Shown: positions 31,664 to 33,672 of the stretch, in pieces
Numbering within the stretch: the stretch's first letter is position 1
Layout of the letters: each line of letters opens with the position of its first letter
From: an uncultured Candidatus Saccharibacteria bacterium
GTDB taxonomy: Bacteria; Patescibacteriota; UBA1384; XYA2-FULL-43-10; CAINNR01
NCBI GenBank assembly: GCA_964355425.1
Contig: CAYHDN010000001.1
Span: forward strand, 1-33,672
DNA: 33,672 nucleotides
Reading direction: 5' to 3'
Notes under the pieces: generated by a model
The model's database searches: none
Seen by the model: the letters and a program-made list of their open reading frames with translations, nothing else
Told to the model about the DNA's origin: nothing
Position numbers and translations under genes: made by a program

Positions 31664-33672
31664 ATGGTAGAGAAATTGGGACTTTCGGAAAAGACCTACA
31701 AGGTCGATTTTGCTGGCCGTGAACTTACATTAGAAACCGGGAAACTGGCGCTTCTAGCACAGGGTTCGATTAAAGCGACTTGTGGCGGCACAGTTGTTTT
31801 GGCAACTGCGGTTGTTGCAGATGAGCTCCGTGAGGGCGTCGATTTTTTTCCGCTTTTGGTTGATTATGAAGAGCGTTTTTATGCTGCTGGAAAAATTTCC
31901 GGCTCCCGTTTTATCAAGCGCGAGGGTCGACCTTCTGACGCAGCAGTTTTGGCTTGCCGAATGATCGATCGGCCGCTTCGGCCGCTATTTCCAAAGAATT
32001 ATCGAAACGATGTTCAAGTCATTATCACCGTACTTTCTTATGATGGTGAAAATGACCCTGATATGATTGGTATGATCGCCGCTTCGGCTGCTTTAATGCA
32101 GACCAAGGCGCCGTTTGCCGGCCCGATAGGCGTGGTCAAAATTGGTCTTGTTGACAATGAGCTAGTAGCTAATCCAACAGTTAATCAGATTGAAGAGTCT
32201 GATTTAAATCTAACTATCGCTGCGACTCGGGATAAAGTCATGATGATCGAAGCCGAAGCCAGTGAAATTCCCGAAGAAAAGATTGTGAAAGCAATTGAAT
32301 TGGCCAAAAAATCAATGCTTCCCCTGATTGAAGTTCAGGAAAAGATCAAGCAGGAACATCGGGAAGAGGAATCGCAGGTCGAGTTAATTGATGATCAAAC
32401 AATCCACGGCGAAGTTTCTAAACTTGTCGGCAGCAAATTGAAGGAAGCTGTTCGCGAATTGGACAAAATGAAGCGCGAGGAGAATATCAAAGGCTTCGAG
32501 GAAGAAGTTCTAAAAACTCTTGAGGGAAATTATAAACAAGTCGAGCTGAAAAATGCCTTTACAAAGCTGGTTGAAAAAGAAATTCGAGGGGCAATTTTAG
32601 ATGATGACATTCGCCCCGATGGTCGAGGCATTGAAGAAATTCGGCCGATTGATGTTGAAGTTGGAGTCTTGCCGCGCGTTCATGGTTCGGGGCTTTTCAC
32701 TCGTGGTCAAACTCAAGCGCTAACAGTTGCTACACTGGCGTCACCGGGTATGGAGCAATTTATTGACACAATGGAAGCTGATACCACCAAGCGTTTTATG
32801 CATCATTACAACTTTCCGCCTTTTTCAACTGGCGAAGTCGCGCCGATGCGCGGCGTCAGCCGGCGAGCAGTCGGCCATGGATATTTAGCGGAAAAGGCTC
32901 TTGTCCGGATGATTCCTGATACCGAAGAGTTTCCCTATACTATTAGACTGGTAACGGAAATTTTGGCTTCCAACGGCTCCTCTTCAATGGCGGCAACCTG
33001 CGGCGCAACTCTGGCTTTAATGGATGCCGGCGTTCCGATTAAAAAGCCGGTGGCCGGGATTGCTATGGGATTGGTCGCTGATATAAACGATGAGTCGCAT
33101 TTTAAAGTTTTGACTGATTTGCAGGGGCTGGAAGATTTTGCCGGCGACATGGACTTCAAAATTGCCGGCACGCGCGATGGGATCACAGCGATTCAAATGG
33201 ATACGAAAATTGCCGGTTTAACTGACACAATCATTATTCAAACATTTAGGCAAGCAAAAACCGGCCGGATGGAGATCCTTGATGCCATGGCGGAAGTGAT
33301 CTCCGAACCAAATGAGCTTTCGCCGTTGGCGCCGATTATTAAAGCGATCAAAATCAATCCGGAAAAAATCGGTGAAATTATTGGGCCGGGCGGCAAAAAT
33401 ATCCGCAAAATTATTGAAGACTGCGGCGGCAAAGAGGTGACATCAATCGATATTGAAGATGACGGTACAGTGATGATCGGCTCGACTGATTCTGAGATGG
33501 GTAAAAAAGCGATTGCTATTGTCGAATCGCTGACCCGCGAGATCGAAATTGGCGAAATTATCGAAGGCAAAGTTTTAGAGATTAAGCGCGATCGAATGAC
33601 CGGAAAACAGGTTGGCGCCATTGTCGAGATTACTCCGCGCCAAGACGGCATGATTCACATTTCGCAAATTGC
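31664..33672 (+). CDS. pnp: polyribonucleotide nucleotidyltransferase (PNPase), 3' end outside the window
   Basis: Hand translation from ATG 31664: MVEKLGLSEKTYKVDFAGRELTLETGKLALLAQGSIKATCGGTVVLATAV...DFFPLLVDYEERFYAAGKISGSRFIKREGRPSD...RMIDRPLRPLFP. Later come the KH region (IGPGGKNIRKI) and the start of S1 (GKVLEIKRD...DGMIHISQIA). The frame is open to the window edge, which explains its absence from the ORF track. Confidence 0.92.
   Translation, partial: MVEKLGLSEKTYKVDFAGRELTLETGKLALLAQGSIKATCGGTVVLATAVVADELREGVDFFPLLVDYEERFYAAGKISGSRFIKREGRPSDAAVLACRMIDRPLRPLFPKNYRNDVQVIITVLSYDGENDPDMIGMIAASAALMQTKAPFAGPIGVVKIGLVDNELVANPTVNQIEESDLNLTIAATRDKVMMIEAEASEIPEEKIVKAIELAKKSMLPLIEVQEKIKQEHREEESQVELIDDQTIHGEVSKLVGSKLKEAVRELDKMKREENIKGFEEEVLKTLEGNYKQVELKNAFTKLVEKEIRGAILDDDIRPDGRGIEEIRPIDVEVGVLPRVHGSGLFTRGQTQALTVATLASPGMEQFIDTMEADTTKRFMHHYNFPPFSTGEVAPMRGVSRRAVGHGYLAEKALVRMIPDTEEFPYTIRLVTEILASNGSSSMAATCGATLALMDAGVPIKKPVAGIAMGLVADINDESHFKVLTDLQGLEDFAGDMDFKIAGTRDGITAIQMDTKIAGLTDTIIIQTFRQAKTGRMEILDAMAEVISEPNELSPLAPIIKAIKINPEKIGEIIGPGGKNIRKIIEDCGGKEVTSIDIEDDGTVMIGSTDSEMGKKAIAIVESLTREIEIGEIIEGKVLEIKRDRMTGKQVGAIVEITPRQDGMIHISQI

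Overview
This 33.7-kb window has the gene content and style of a small-genome Patescibacteria/CPR-like (Microgenomates-type) bacterium; the taxon is inferred, not tested. The backbone is moderately AT-rich and its proteins are rich in Lys, Ile and Glu. It carries housekeeping genes: VanW-family protein, groES-groEL, PRC-barrel protein, efp, rpsF-ssb-rpsR, ychF, dedA, a Memo-like/CapA fusion, polA split into two ORFs, holA, a DUF2207 protein, lepB, rpsT, an NrnA-like DHH phosphoesterase, rpsO and pnp (runs off the 3' edge). Native spacers between these genes are very AT-rich and are built from a few families of short word-like repeats and small palindromes. The most unusual feature is that ten intergenic gaps hold about 16 short GC-richer transcription units whose proteins are Arg/Ala/Gly/Pro-rich. 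Nearly all have their own sigma70-like promoter, a GGAGG(TG) Shine-Dalgarno and a hairpin plus T-tract terminator. Their products include an H-X9-DG prepilin-type protein, a PlsX-like protein, a PyrD-like TIM-barrel protein, many small membrane, Cys-rich or basic ORFans, and one candidate sRNA. None of them interrupts a backbone ORF, and I recognised no integrase or transposase. Other notable points are an in-frame TAG at a conserved Lys codon of groEL, polA lacking a 3'-5' exonuclease domain, a duplicated terminator bracketing one cassette, a 13-nt ribosome-binding leader shared by two cassettes, a repeated promoter/start module (GTGTGGTTTCTACAATATTATG) with one orphan copy, and long repeats at 4331/13311 and 9964/11352. 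I recognised no rRNA, tRNA, CRISPR array or classical mobile element. All calls rest on reading the sequence and the supplied ORF track; no database search was possible.
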